From Rubripirellula sp. (GTDB lineage: Bacteria; Planctomycetota; Planctomycetia; Pirellulales; Pirellulaceae): a stretch of 64,000 nt of DNA. The stretch is from NCBI GenBank assembly GCA_965216875.1, contig OZ244207.1, positions 1,248,001 to 1,312,000 on the forward strand, in the 5' to 3' direction. The position numbers were made by a program, and so were the translations under genes. The notes beneath the pieces are model-generated. The model was not told the origin of the DNA. It was given only the letters and a program-made list of their open reading frames with translations, and did not search any database. This document shows, piece after piece, positions 27,822-38,626 of the stretch (position 1 is the stretch's first letter; each line of letters begins with the position of its first letter).

Positions 27822-28826
27822 CTATCGGCGCTCGATCCAGGGATTTTCTTCGTCACTGACGACGATATTCGAGTTGACGAAACTGACGATGGCTTGAATG
27901 ACACCGGAGCTCTGTTCGTTAACAAGGCGAACTCCACCCAACGAAGTGTTGGGCATCACCAAATCGAAACCATCGGCGGTTCCGCGCCCGAGCCGTTTCT
28001 TGACGCTTTCGATACGCTTGGCGATTCGTCGAGCCTCGTCGGCCTCGTCGTGCGTTTTTCCTGCTGCAATCATGATTGGCAGGCGGACCAAGTTGGGGTC
28101 GTTCAGGGCTGGGTCAAGCGCGACACCTTTGATTTGCTTTTCCGGAGAAATCAAAACGAGTGCTTTGACGTCTTGACCTTGCTTGACGCGCCCGATGCTT
28201 TGAAATTGCCAATCGCGTTGTGCCCATCGGGCTGCCATCACACAGCCTTCGCCGACACCAACGACCACGAGTGCGTTGAGGTTAAGCGATTCGTCGTTGT
28301 TTTCATCTTTCAAGAACGCCTTGGCCTTTTCCAAGTCGAACGAGATGATGTTTTCGATGTCGCGTTTGGACATCTGTTCGACGTTGAATTCTTTGGTTTC
28401 GCCCGCTCGGTTGGTGTATTCCTTGCTTGTGCCGTGACCGCGATAGTTTGGCGCCAGAACGGCACAGCCCGCTTTGTTCAGGGCGATCACCAGCTTGGCG
28501 TAGGCACCCGCTTGTCCTTTCCATTCATGCACCAGCAATACGGTGGTGGCATCTTTGCCTCGATCCGAAGGGAAATAGAACGCGCTCAACTTCACACCAT
28601 CTTTGGTTTTGAGCGTTACCGGTCGCGGTTTCGGCTTGTCGTCACTGCGTTTGCGGTTGGATTGTGCCATCGCCGATGAGGCGACCGCGACGACCATCAA
28701 AAAGATGAACGTCATCACGAGACGTTGTCGAATGGTCTTGGCTCTTTCGTCTTTTGCTGCAGCGACTGCTCGCATCGAGTATCCCCTCTTTCTGTGCATC
28801 ATTGCTTGAGTGGTGAATCTGGTCAT
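27822..28826 (-). CDS. Exported alpha/beta-hydrolase-fold protein (start uncertain)
   Basis: LKTKDGVKL, VLLVH, APNYRGHGTS and KALVLISP motifs; the nucleophile elbow reads GVGEG. Confidence 0.75.
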   Translation of the reverse strand: MTRFTTQAMMHRKRGYSMRAVAAAKDERAKTIRQRLVMTFIFLMVVAVASSAMAQSNRKRSDDKPKPRPVTLKTKDGVKLSAFYFPSDRGKDATTVLLVHEWKGQAGAYAKLVIALNKAGCAVLAPNYRGHGTSKEYTNRAGETKEFNVEQMSKRDIENIISFDLEKAKAFLKDENNDESLNLNALVVVGVGEGCVMAARWAQRDWQFQSIGRVKQGQDVKALVLISPEKQIKGVALDPALNDPNLVRLPIMIAAGKTHDEADEARRIAKRIESVKKRLGRGTADGFDLVMPNTSLGGVRLVNEQSSGVIQAIVSFVNSNIVVSDEENPWIERR

Positions 28827-29098
28827 TGCGTCCGCAATGACCGAAGCCGTGAGCCAAGGCCATTCTTGAGGCCCGAGCCGAGACTACATTGGGGTGGTAT
28901 CGTCAGTGGAGAGGAGCCAAATTTCGTCTCTTCCTCAACACTGAACTTCATTTTAGAGGTTAGACGCCATCTTGAGTGGGGTCAAACTCGCATTTCGCCT
29001 TGTTGGACAACCTCAAGACGCGTGCTCCATCTATAATCCTCAGTCCCGCCAAGAAGATTCTCACCTCATTCCTGCTCGCCCAAGGTCTATCGGCCGTG

Positions 29099-32000
29099 AT
29101 GCCATCGCTTACCCCCCGACTTGTCCCGTTCATGGTCGTTGTTGGGCTAGTCGCCTACCCCGTCTCGGCTTTCGCGCAGCGCGATTTGACCGAGATTCCG
29201 AAGCCTGATCCGGTGGCCGAGTTGGCCGCGATGAAGGTCGACCCTGCGGCGGCCGCAAATCTGTACGCAGCCGATCCTGACATTCGCAAGCCGATTCAGA
29301 TGAATTTTGATTCGGCGGGCGGTCTTTGGATCGCGAGCAGCGAGGTTTATCCGCAAATCCAACCGGGGGAAAAGGCAAACGACAAAATCATCGTCTTGCG
29401 CGACACCAACGGCGATGGAACCGGTGACAAGGCGACCGTTTTCGCGGATGGACTTTTGATTCCGACCGGAGTCCTGCCCGATGGCCCCAATGCCGCTTAC
29501 GTTGCTGAAAGCACGCGGCTGATTTACTTGCAGGACACCGACGGAGACGGCAAGGCGGATCGTGGGCGCGTCGTTTTGAGTGGGTTCGGTACCGAAGACA
29601 CACACCACCTGGTCCACACTTTGCGCTGGGGGCCAGACGGATGTTTGTACTTCAATCAATCGATCTACATCCACAGTCACGTTGATACGCCGTACGGCAG
29701 TCGCCATCTCGATGGCGGTGGCATTTGGCGATATCGCCCCGACACCGGCCAACTCGAAGTCTTCTGCAAGGGTTTTGTGAATCCTTGGGGACACGTGTTT
29801 GATTCGGTGGGCGAGTCGTTTGCTACGGACGGTGCCTACTTTGAAGGAATCAACTACGTCTTTCCCGACTCCGTGTTTGTCACTTCGCCTGGCGCGACCC
29901 GCTGGCTCAAGGGGATGAATCCTGGAAGTCCCAAACACTGTGGCCTCGAGATACTGTCTGGCAAACACATTCCGGAAAGTTGGGCTGGCGATTTTGTGAC
30001 GAACGATTTTCGTTCGCACCGTGTTTGTCGTTTCACTGTGCGACCAGCCGGTAGTGGCTACATCGGGCGCCAACAACCCGAGATCATCACAACACCGCAC
30101 GTTGCGTTTCGCCCGATTGATGCGCGGATGGGGCCCGATGGAGCGATCTACGTTGCCGATTGGTACAACCCAATCATCCAACATGGCGAAGTCGATTTTC
30201 GTGATGATCGTCGCGATCGAAAGCATGGCCGCATCTGGCGCGTTTCCTTCCCGTCGCGTCCCCTCGACCGTTGGCCGAATTTCGAATCACTCGACGACGA
30301 TCAGTTGATTGACGCTTTGGAAGCCGATGCGCTCGCCGTTCGCCAATTTGCACGCCAAGAGCTTTGGGGCCGCGCCAAGGCGGCGCCGGAAGCAGTGATG
30401 AAAAAACTGCGATCGTGGCGCGACCGTTCGCCGTCACCACAGCGCGGGCTTGAAGTGCTGTGGATGAATGAAGTGCTCAGTCAAGTGTCGCTGTCCGACG
30501 CCCAAAAAGCGATTGCGCTGGCCGACGCTGGCGGGGCAAAGGCGACCCGAACGGTGCTGCGAAGTGTTTGGCGGTTACGGTTAAACGCCGACGCGGGCTC
30601 GACCCTGCGAAATCAATTGAGCGAGTTGGTTGTTTCCCGGACCAACGACGAAGACCCGCGCGTCCGATTGGAGGCGGTCGTCAGCAACGGACAACGAACC
30701 GGTGCCGAGGCAGCCTCCTTGGTCGCTGCGGCCGTGTCAAAACCGGTGGATCCGAACTTGGATTTTGCGATTTGGCAATCGCTTCGAAGTCTCGACCAAA
30801 CCACCGACGGGTCGGTCTTGGCGAAGATTGATTGGAACAATCGTTGGGGCGAGCTTGCGTTTGCCGTTGGAGCGATTGGGACACCCGCGGCTGCTCAGAC
30901 AGCCGTGGATGTGGTCGTTGCCCAGCAATCGAGCGATCTACCTGCCGGTTTGGTTTCGGCAGTTGCCAGTGCCGGTAACGCCAATCAGCTTGGCGCTGTT
31001 CTCGCGCACGTGGTGGCGAAAAAGGGCAAGGACTTGCAGCGGTCTGACTTGCAGTCGTTAATTGATCGTACGGCGCGCGACAAAACCGTTCCCGCGGACG
31101 CAGCGAATCGATTGTCGCAGCTGGCCAAGCAACACAGTGACGCATTGACCTCGAGTCCCGCGTTGATGGATGCGCTCGCGGCTGCCGCGGCGGCGTGGAA
31201 TGCCAACGCGCTGGAAGCGACCTTCATCCAGCTGCTTCCCGACGCAAAGGGTGAAACGAAGGCGGATTTGATCGCTGCGATGGGGCGATTCAATTCACAA
31301 TCCGCACGACAAACCATCGATCGCTTGTCTCGTGATCAAGATTTGGCGACGCGTGTTGCCGCGACACGAGCGATTGCGTCCAACCGTCCTCGTGCTGCGA
31401 TCAACGCGGTGGTGAACCTTTCGAAGGAAGACGCGACCGGTGACGCGGGCGATGACCTTGTTGTGCAGTTGATGAAACGCAAAGACCTGCCGGCGTTGAT
31501 TGCCAAGCGAATCGAAAGTGAAACGTTGGGAGCCGACCGCGCCCGGCACTTGCTGCGGCGAGTGCGAACCGCTGGCGGTAATGGTGCATTGGAGGCGGCG
31601 ATCACCAAAGCTGGAAAGCTGAGCGACGCGTCATGGAAATTGACGCCCGAACTTTCAAAGCAGCTTGAATCGCTCGTCAAAGCGGAAGGAAACGCCGCCC
31701 GAGGCGAAGCGATCTATCGCCGAGCCAACCTGCAATGCATCAATTGCCATGCGATCGGAACAGCGGGTGGATTGGTCGGGCCGAACTTGATCAGTATGGG
31801 AGGAAGTTCGCAAGTGGATTACATCATCGAATCGCTTCTTGCTCCGAATGCCAAGCTGAAAGAAGGATTCACGACCCTGAGTGTGTTGACCGAAGATGGC
31901 GAAGCGATCAATGGAATTGTGGTCGGCAAATCAGACGAGTCCGTTCGCTTGCGGCTTGCCGATGGGAAGTACCGCGAGATTGATACCGAAGAGATCACGG

Positions 32001-32542
32001 GGCAAAAGCCAGGCCGCTCTTTGATGCCCGATGGGACGATGGATGGACTCAGCAAGCGTGAACTTGTTGATCTGATTACTTTTCTATCCGAGTTGGGTCG
32101 AACCTCTGCGTTTACCGTGTCGACTCAACCGGTCGTGCGTAGCTACGAGACACTGATTTATAGCAATGAAGCCAATCGCCGATTGAATCGCACGAGCACC
32201 GACACGGTCGCAAGTGATGATCCAGCAATGCAGTGGCGCGTCATCACATCCAAGGTTGACGGTTCGTTGCCGCTTGGTGAACTCGATCAATTCAAACAGC
32301 ATCGGCAGACGCCACCAACCTCGTTTGTTCGGTTTGTGATCGAATTGCCAAGCAAAGGCGCAGCGGGGCTTGAGTTGCCAAACGAAGGGATCGAAGCCTG
32401 GGTCGACGGCAAGCCGACACCTGTCTGGAAACTAAAAGAGATTGTGCTCGAGCAAGGCAAACATACTGTGGTTGTTGCCATCGATCGATCCGAAGTGAAT
32501 GAAGATTTGTTGGTCTCGCTGACAGCCGACGCAACCAACTAG
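29099..32542 (+). CDS. PVC-type membrane-bound dehydrogenase / heme-binding CxxCH protein with HEAT repeats
   Basis: KPIQMNFD..G.LW...YP, DTNGDG, GFGTEDTHH, WGPDG, FRPID..GPDGAIYVADWYNPIIQH, CINCH..GPNL and SLMP motifs. Confidence 0.9.
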   Translation: MPSLTPRLVPFMVVVGLVAYPVSAFAQRDLTEIPKPDPVAELAAMKVDPAAAANLYAADPDIRKPIQMNFDSAGGLWIASSEVYPQIQPGEKANDKIIVLRDTNGDGTGDKATVFADGLLIPTGVLPDGPNAAYVAESTRLIYLQDTDGDGKADRGRVVLSGFGTEDTHHLVHTLRWGPDGCLYFNQSIYIHSHVDTPYGSRHLDGGGIWRYRPDTGQLEVFCKGFVNPWGHVFDSVGESFATDGAYFEGINYVFPDSVFVTSPGATRWLKGMNPGSPKHCGLEILSGKHIPESWAGDFVTNDFRSHRVCRFTVRPAGSGYIGRQQPEIITTPHVAFRPIDARMGPDGAIYVADWYNPIIQHGEVDFRDDRRDRKHGRIWRVSFPSRPLDRWPNFESLDDDQLIDALEADALAVRQFARQELWGRAKAAPEAVMKKLRSWRDRSPSPQRGLEVLWMNEVLSQVSLSDAQKAIALADAGGAKATRTVLRSVWRLRLNADAGSTLRNQLSELVVSRTNDEDPRVRLEAVVSNGQRTGAEAASLVAAAVSKPVDPNLDFAIWQSLRSLDQTTDGSVLAKIDWNNRWGELAFAVGAIGTPAAAQTAVDVVVAQQSSDLPAGLVSAVASAGNANQLGAVLAHVVAKKGKDLQRSDLQSLIDRTARDKTVPADAANRLSQLAKQHSDALTSSPALMDALAAAAAAWNANALEATFIQLLPDAKGETKADLIAAMGRFNSQSARQTIDRLSRDQDLATRVAATRAIASNRPRAAINAVVNLSKEDATGDAGDDLVVQLMKRKDLPALIAKRIESETLGADRARHLLRRVRTAGGNGALEAAITKAGKLSDASWKLTPELSKQLESLVKAEGNAARGEAIYRRANLQCINCHAIGTAGGLVGPNLISMGGSSQVDYIIESLLAPNAKLKEGFTTLSVLTEDGEAINGIVVGKSDESVRLRLADGKYREIDTEEITGQKPGRSLMPDGTMDGLSKRELVDLITFLSELGRTSAFTVSTQPVVRSYETLIYSNEANRRLNRTSTDTVASDDPAMQWRVITSKVDGSLPLGELDQFKQHRQTPPTSFVRFVIELPSKGAAGLELPNEGIEAWVDGKPTPVWKLKEIVLEQGKHTVVVAIDRSEVNEDLLVSLTADATN

Positions 32543-32549
32543 CGCAGTT

Positions 32550-32770
32550 CCCGTGAGCCGCTGGCCGTCAGGCCTCGGGCTCTTGCCGACGCGCATCGAG
32601 TGTGAAGGCGAGTAGGGCCCGGCCGCTCACGCGATCGCGGCTCATTGCGATCTGTAGCACGCCGGATCAGCGTCGCTGTTGCTCCTTGATCCGGCCTACC
32701 ATTGTCGCCTTTCGCTCCGCGAAAGTAGCTTTGGTGCTCGCGGCTTTCGCGGAGCGAAAGGCGACTATGG
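32550..32770. repeat. Mixed palindromic repeat cluster between convergent genes
   Basis: GTAGGGCCCGGCCGCTCACGCGATCGCGGCTCA; GTAG..CCGGATCA..TGATCCGGCCTAC; long inverted pair GTCGCCTTTCGCTCCGCGAAAG...CTTTCGCGGAGCGAAAGGCGAC. Confidence 0.85.
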
Positions 32771-32771
32771 A

Positions 32772-33797
32772 TCACTTGGTGAGTGTGATCTGTGATTCGC
32801 CAATTTCGACATCGATCGAGCCGGGAAGGGTGAACCTTGAATCGGTTTGAGCTTCACGAATCGCATCCGCTACGCGCAACCAGTGTTCACGCGACATTTC
32901 GCCGAGCGGCCAGCGTTGCGAATGCCAAAGTTCTTTCATGGCTGCGACGACAACCGGCGTAGCAACCTCCGCGTCTTTTCGAACTTGGATCGGGCGATCA
33001 CCGACCAGGTTTCGACTGAGCCAAACTCGAGCTTGTTCGTTAACAAAATCGTCGAGGTCGCCGATCGATGCCGAAGCGCGCAGGATCGCGTCGGAGGCGT
33101 TGGGGAATTGCGACTGGATGATTGGGACCAGCTCGTTGCGAATCCAATTGCGCGTGTATTGCGATTGAGCGTTGCTCGAGTCTTCACGCCACGTTTGGCC
33201 GATCGACCGCAGCGCATTGCGAATCAATTGTCGTCGCGTCTGTAAAAGGGGGCGGATCAAGACAAGGTCGTCACCGAGTGGACGATGCTTGGGGATGCCA
33301 GTTAGCCCACTCGGGCCGGTGCCGCGAAAAAGGTGATGCAAAACTGTTTCGACGGTGTCGTCGGCGGAATGAGCGACAGTGATATAGCGAGAACCGGTTT
33401 CGGCCGCGACCTGTCGCAGAAAATCCAGTCGGGATCGCCGCAATGACGACTCGTCATGCGCCTGGTCGGACGCGGATTGCGAGATGAATGGGAATTTGAG
33501 GTCGTTGGCGAGCTCTCTGACAAACGCTTCGTCGGCATCCGATTCGGCACCACGAAGACGATGGTTGAAATGCGCGAGCGTTACAAAACCCTGTACGAAT
33601 GTGACTGCGAAAGACCGCAGACGATGCATCGCGATTGCGAGGGCCACGCTGTCGGCACCGCCGCTGCAGCCGATCACGACGCCTACGTTTTGCCAACGCC
33701 GCAGAGGCCAGGCGGCTTCGAATTCACGGAGCAATCGATCAAAAGTGTCTTCGATTTCCCGATCTGCGGGCACGTTGATTTCCCCGTCTGCGGGCAT
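32772..33797 (-). CDS. tilS: tRNA(Ile)-lysidine synthetase
   Basis: GCSGGADSVAL, HFNHRLRG, AHSADDTVET..RGTG, IRPLL and EDSSN..YTRNWIR motifs. Confidence 0.92.
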   Translation of the reverse strand: MPADGEINVPADREIEDTFDRLLREFEAAWPLRRWQNVGVVIGCSGGADSVALAIAMHRLRSFAVTFVQGFVTLAHFNHRLRGAESDADEAFVRELANDLKFPFISQSASDQAHDESSLRRSRLDFLRQVAAETGSRYITVAHSADDTVETVLHHLFRGTGPSGLTGIPKHRPLGDDLVLIRPLLQTRRQLIRNALRSIGQTWREDSSNAQSQYTRNWIRNELVPIIQSQFPNASDAILRASASIGDLDDFVNEQARVWLSRNLVGDRPIQVRKDAEVATPVVVAAMKELWHSQRWPLGEMSREHWLRVADAIREAQTDSRFTLPGSIDVEIGESQITLTK

Positions 33798-34065
33798 GTT
33801 GTGGCCTAGTATTTCACCGCGTGGTTGTTTCGCCGCGGTCCGCGAGGTGGTAATCTCTTTAACACAGTCTGAACAAACTCTTGCTCAACTGTCGACGTGA
33901 ACAACAAAGATTAACAACTCCATCGGACAACAAAATCACCCGGCTTTGCCAGCTCCTGCCCGTGTTGCGTTGAATCTCTTTTCGAATCGACAAAACGCAT
34001 TGCTGCATTGACTCGGCGTTGTCTCCCTTGCCTTCGCCCTTTTCCCATCATGTGGATTTTACTTT

Positions 34066-34240
34066 GCGTGTTGATTCGGCTCGCCGACAGTTGTCGGAAG
34101 GGTCGATTCTTCGCCGCGGTCGCTCACGGCGATTCGCTGGTTGCGAAGCAAAACCATGATTGGAATTTGATGGTACAAGGCCAACGGCGAACGTCTCCGC
34201 AAAGCCCCGTGCTCGCCACCTCTCTTGTCGAGCCAACGCA
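34066..34240 (+). ncRNA. Candidate structured RNA (6S-like or leader) upstream of rny
   Basis: The ends are complementary (GCGTGTTG..GGCTCG vs CGAGCCAACGC) and there is an inner stem TTCGCCG/CGGCGAA; ~175 nt in a long non-coding gap. Strand is assumed. Confidence 0.4.
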
Positions 34241-34335
34241 CCTTTCGCGTAAACAAACGCGAGTTTCAGCGATGATGCTGCGCTCGTGCGCGTTGGGGGT
34301 ACGGTTTTGGAGTCCTCTGGATCGAGGACGGATAG

Positions 34336-35895
34336 ATGACAGCGACTATCGCACTGTACTGCCTGATTTCACTGATCGTGGGATTGGCCGCATCCTTTGG
34401 CTTTTTCAAATGGACCGAAAAAGGCCGACAGGCCAAGCTTCAGGAAGAGGCTAACCAAGTACTCAATAACGCTCGCGAGTCGGCCGAAACGGAACGGGGC
34501 CAGCTTCTACTGGCGGCGAAAGAGTCCGCTCTGTCGATCAAGGCCGAGGCGGAATCGGAAATCGCTGATGGCCGCAAGAGTCATCTGGTCCGCGAAAAGA
34601 AACTCGATCGACGTGACGAGCTGCTGCAACAGCAAGAAGATGCTCTGCGAAAACAGCAACGAGGTCTCGAGAGCAGCCAAAATCGCCTGGCAACCCAAAT
34701 GCGCGCGATCAACGACCAGCGGGTAAAGCTTGATGCAGTGCTGAAGAAGCAGCAGGAGGTGCTTGAATCGGCCAGTGGCATGACGCGCGAAGAAGCCGGT
34801 CAGCGGCTCATGGAAGCTTTGGAACAAGACCTTCAACATGAACGCGGGTCGGCATTGCTGAAGCACCAAAAGCAGCTCGAAGAGTTGGTCGACCAGCAAG
34901 GTCGCGAAATGTTGCTGACTGCGATCCAGCGTTATGCGTCGACCTATACGGCTGAGACGACAACCAGCACCGTCGATGTTCCGACCGATGACATGAAAGG
35001 TCGCATCATCGGCCGCGAAGGACGAAACATTCGCGCTTTCGAAAAAGCGACGGGGGTCGACGTGATCATCGATGACACACCGGGCGTGGTGATCGTCAGT
35101 GGCTTTGATCCCGTTCGCCGTGAGATTGCACGCCAAGCATTGGACGCGCTGATTAGCGATGGACGGATTCACCCCTCACGAATTGAGGAAGTCGTCGGTG
35201 AGACGGAGAAGAAGATCGACGGCTTCATTCTGCAAAAGGGGCGTGAAGCGGCCGACGAAGTGAACGTTCCAGGCTTGAACGACAAAGTGATTCGGATGCT
35301 TGGGCGTTTGCATTTTCGAACGTCCTACAGCCAAAACGTTTTGCGACACAGTATTGAAGTGGCGTTCATTTCGGGGTTGGTTGCCGAGATGTTGGGGATG
35401 GACGCTGATCTCGCACGTCGCTGCGGGTTGCTGCACGACATCGGCAAGGCGGCGGATCACGAGCTCGAGGGCGGGCATCCGAAGATCGGCGCGGATCTTC
35501 TGCGGCGCAATGGCGAAGGCGCCGAAGTCGTGCATGCTGCGTTTGGCCATCACGATGAAATTGTTGTGGAGCACCCGTATACAATGCTCGTCGCGATCGG
35601 CGACGCTTGCAGCGCGAGCCGACCCGGCGCTCGTCGTGAATCGCTTGAACGCTACGTCAAACGGATGGAAGAGCTCGAGGCGATCGCAACGCGATTCGAA
35701 GGAGTCCGTCAAGCGTTTGCCATCAGCGCTGGCCGTGAGTTGCGAGTGATCGTCGGTAGTGAAAAGACGACCGATGAAGACGCCGCTGCGATCTGTCGCG
35801 ATATCGCGAAGGCCTTTGAACAAGAATTGACTTACCCCGGTGAGATCAAAGTCACGGTATTGCGCGAATCGCGATTCGTCGAAACGGCAAAGTAG
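34336..35895 (+). CDS. rny: Ribonuclease Y
   Basis: N-terminal TM, coiled coil, KH domain ([14 protein letters not shown]) and HD domain ([17 protein letters not shown]). Confidence 0.96.
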   Translation: MTATIALYCLISLIVGLAASFGFFKWTEKGRQAKLQEEANQVLNNARESAETERGQLLLAAKESALSIKAEAESEIADGRKSHLVREKKLDRRDELLQQQEDALRKQQRGLESSQNRLATQMRAINDQRVKLDAVLKKQQEVLESASGMTREEAGQRLMEALEQDLQHERGSALLKHQKQLEELVDQQGREMLLTAIQRYASTYTAETTTSTVDVPTDDMKGRIIGREGRNIRAFEKATGVDVIIDDTPGVVIVSGFDPVRREIARQALDALISDGRIHPSRIEEVVGETEKKIDGFILQKGREAADEVNVPGLNDKVIRMLGRLHFRTSYSQNVLRHSIEVAFISGLVAEMLGMDADLARRCGLLHDIGKAADHELEGGHPKIGADLLRRNGEGAEVVHAAFGHHDEIVVEHPYTMLVAIGDACSASRPGARRESLERYVKRMEELEAIATRFEGVRQAFAISAGRELRVIVGSEKTTDEDAAAICRDIAKAFEQELTYPGEIKVTVLRESRFVETAK

Positions 35896-35973
35896 CTCTC
35901 ACTGATTGACCATTGCTGACGTTTGTCCCGCCGGCGTCACCTTCAAAAATATTCCCGCCTACAAGAGTTTGTG

Positions 35974-37233
35974 ATGAACTTCCTTTGCCGCTGCAGTGTG
36001 CTGTCGATGATGCTCAGCACGTTCGCGTTTGCTGTGGAACCGACCAAGACCGATTGGCCCAATTGGCGCGGCCCGCGGCACGATGGAACGGCAGAGGCCG
36101 ATCAGAATCCACCGCTGCAATGGAGCGAGACTGAAAACGTGTTGTGGCGAGCCAAAGTGGCTGGCCGCGGTCATGGATCAGCAATGGTGCTTGGTGACCA
36201 TGTATATCTTGTTACCGCAGACGCAAGCCGTGAGGTTCAGGTCTTGCTCTGTTTCGATCGCGCAAGCGGCACACAGCAATGGGAAGCGATCGTTCATGAG
36301 GGCGGGTTCAAGGTCAAGGGAAAGAAACAGCCAAATGAAAAGGCGTCGCTCGCTTCTTCGACACCCGCCACCGACGGTGAATTGATTTATGTGACCTTTT
36401 ACAACGACCACGCCGTCTGGGTAACGGCGCTCAGCTTGGGTGGCGACATCGTTTGGCAAAAGAAAGTCAGCGACTACATCGTCCATCAAGGGTTCGCCGC
36501 TTCGCCATTGCTTTACGGGGATTTGGTGATCGCGTCAGCGGACAACAAAGGCGGCGGCGCGATTGTCGGTTTCGATAAGAAAACGGGTGGCGAGGTTTGG
36601 CGGCACAAGCGACCGGAGTTACCCAACTATCCCTCGCCGATCGTGATCGATGCCGCAGGCCGCACGCAGCTTGTCATGACCGGTTGCGAACGGGTGACCT
36701 CGCTCGATCCGACGACGGGGAAAGTGATTTGGGAGATCGAAGGTTCGACGACCGAATGTGTGACCACAGCGGTGTCCGATGGCACGCATGTCTTTACAAG
36801 CGGAGGTTACCCCAAGAACCACATGTCCGCAGTGAAGGCCGATGGATCAGGCACCGTCGTTTGGGAAAACAACCTGCGCAACTACGTTCCCTCGATGGTC
36901 GAACACGATGGTTATTTGTTCTTGACGCTCGATGCCGGGATTGCGAGCTGCTTTCGCTGTGACGATGGCGAACAGGTTTGGAAAGCGCGGCTGGGGGGCA
37001 CCTTCAGCAGTTCACCCGTGCTTGTTGGCAATCGTATCTACGCAACCAACGAGGATGGTGAGACCTTTGTTTTTGAAGCCAACACCGAGGAATTCAAACA
37101 GCTTGGAAAGAGCAAGCTGGGAACAAGCGTCTTTGCTACGCCCACCATTTGCGGTGGTCAGATCTTTGCACGCGTCGCCAAGATGAATGGCGACGTTCGA
37201 GAAGAGTACCTGTATTGCCTAGGCAACAAGTAG
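35974..37233 (+). CDS. Exported PQQ-like beta-propeller (BamB-like) protein
   Basis: Signal peptide; DWPNWRGP, repeated W-propeller blades, ASSTP and FSSSPV motifs. Confidence 0.85.
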   Translation: MNFLCRCSVLSMMLSTFAFAVEPTKTDWPNWRGPRHDGTAEADQNPPLQWSETENVLWRAKVAGRGHGSAMVLGDHVYLVTADASREVQVLLCFDRASGTQQWEAIVHEGGFKVKGKKQPNEKASLASSTPATDGELIYVTFYNDHAVWVTALSLGGDIVWQKKVSDYIVHQGFAASPLLYGDLVIASADNKGGGAIVGFDKKTGGEVWRHKRPELPNYPSPIVIDAAGRTQLVMTGCERVTSLDPTTGKVIWEIEGSTTECVTTAVSDGTHVFTSGGYPKNHMSAVKADGSGTVVWENNLRNYVPSMVEHDGYLFLTLDAGIASCFRCDDGEQVWKARLGGTFSSSPVLVGNRIYATNEDGETFVFEANTEEFKQLGKSKLGTSVFATPTICGGQIFARVAKMNGDVREEYLYCLGNK

Positions 37234-37242
37234 CGGGGCGTC

Positions 37243-37762
37243 CGTGAGCCGAACACGCAAGCGTCGGGCCGTGAAAAACCGAACCGTCGTAGCTACCTTC
37301 GCCAGAAGGTGGATGAGCTGGCGAGCCGCGTCGTGAGAAAATCCCACGCTCTGGCGATAGCTGTGAGCCGAACGCGCTAGCGTCGGGCCCCGAGAAGACA
37401 GACCGTTGTAGCTACCTTCGCCAGAAGGTGGCCGCGCTCGCAAGCTGCGTAATAAAGATATTCCCACGCTCTGGCGATGGCTGTGAGCCGAACGCGCTAT
37501 CTAGCGTCGGGCCTCGAGGAATCAAACCGTCGTAGGTGCCTACCCCAGTCGAGGTTCCTGCGAGTCGGCTATCGAATTCCCACGCTCTGGCGAGCGTAGT
37601 TACGGAGAAGAGTAGGGCCCGACGCTAGCGCGTACGGCTCACAGGTAGAAGGTGGTGAACCGGGTAAAAAATAAAAAACCACGCTCTGGTGAGCGTGGCT
37701 ATGGGGATGGTCGGGTTGTCATGCGGAGCACGACCTACTTCGTCATGCGGAGCATGACCTAC
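37243..37762. repeat. Large mosaic of three repeat families
   Basis: GTGAGCCGAACGCGCTAGCGTCGGGCC-like x4; GTAGCTACCTTCGCCAGAAGGTGG and CCACGCTCTGGCGA multiple times; tandem GTCATGCGGAGCAYGACCTAC at 37718-37762. Confidence 0.9.
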
Positions 37763-38217
37763 TGGTTGCCGGTTGGCTCGCCGCTGCCGAGTTGGGCGAG
37801 GACTTGCAGCACACCATTGAGGTGAGCGAGGCGAGGTCCGAAGCGATCGACAAATTCGTTCAGCATGTACTCACCTTCCATGAGGTGGTCTTCGCTGTCT
37901 TGGATCTCTTCGGTCAAGCTGTCGAGGAATTGCGTTTGCACGCGTGAAAGCGTTTCAGCGGCACTGCGGCAGGAACGGGCCAAATCAGGATTGGCGTTCT
38001 TCCATTGCTGCAGCTCGTTGACGCGTTGCTTGTGCGCCGCGGCTTGCTGTTGAACCATGTCTTCAAGCAATCGGTTTTGCTGTTGTTGGCCAGCCACCAA
38101 TGCACGCAGCAACTCAATCACCACCCGTTCGTTTGATGCAGGCGTTGCTTCCGAGTCTGCTTCCGCCGAAACATCAATGCGAAACATGGGAGAGATAGGT
38201 TCCTGTTCGTACGACAT
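37759..38217 (-). CDS. Conserved planctomycete helical hypothetical protein
   Basis: Clean ORF, coiled-coil-like; C-terminal EFVDRFGPRLAHLNGVLQVL block. Confidence 0.7.
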   Translation of the reverse strand: MSYEQEPISPMFRIDVSAEADSEATPASNERVVIELLRALVAGQQQQNRLLEDMVQQQAAAHKQRVNELQQWKNANPDLARSCRSAAETLSRVQTQFLDSLTEEIQDSEDHLMEGEYMLNEFVDRFGPRLAHLNGVLQVLAQLGSGEPTGNQ

Positions 38218-38626
38218 AACTTGCACTTCCGATTACTTCTTTGCTGACAACACCAAGCGGTACGCTGAGTATAACCAACGAAAATTCGCATTGTGCGGCA
38301 ATCGAAAAACGAGGCACACTTTTTTGCGTTGATCTTTGATTTCTTCGAAAGATTCCTAAAGTTTTCGCTTGTTTTCCATGTGTTGGCATAACCGGAGTAA
38401 CCGTTAAAGTCCGCGCAGACCGGCGCCGATGAACAGAACGTACGTCCGCCGGACGTAGGTAGAGAGTTTCTGCAATGAGGTTGCCTGTTGGTGTTTCCCA
38501 AGCGGGGGTGCGTCAACAAATTGACGGCAGTTGTCGTCGGTTTCACGCCAACTTTTTTTGCATGCAATGGTGAGCTCTCTTGCCTCTGCGTCACCTCCCA
38601 ATTGATTGACCAACGACGACTCGCAA

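Noticed and set aside
29147..30226. Long antisense ORFs (also 41232-42227, 42529-43275 and 62578-63651)
   Set aside because: Shadow frames opposite well-supported genes, expected in GC-rich DNA, with no recognisable motifs.
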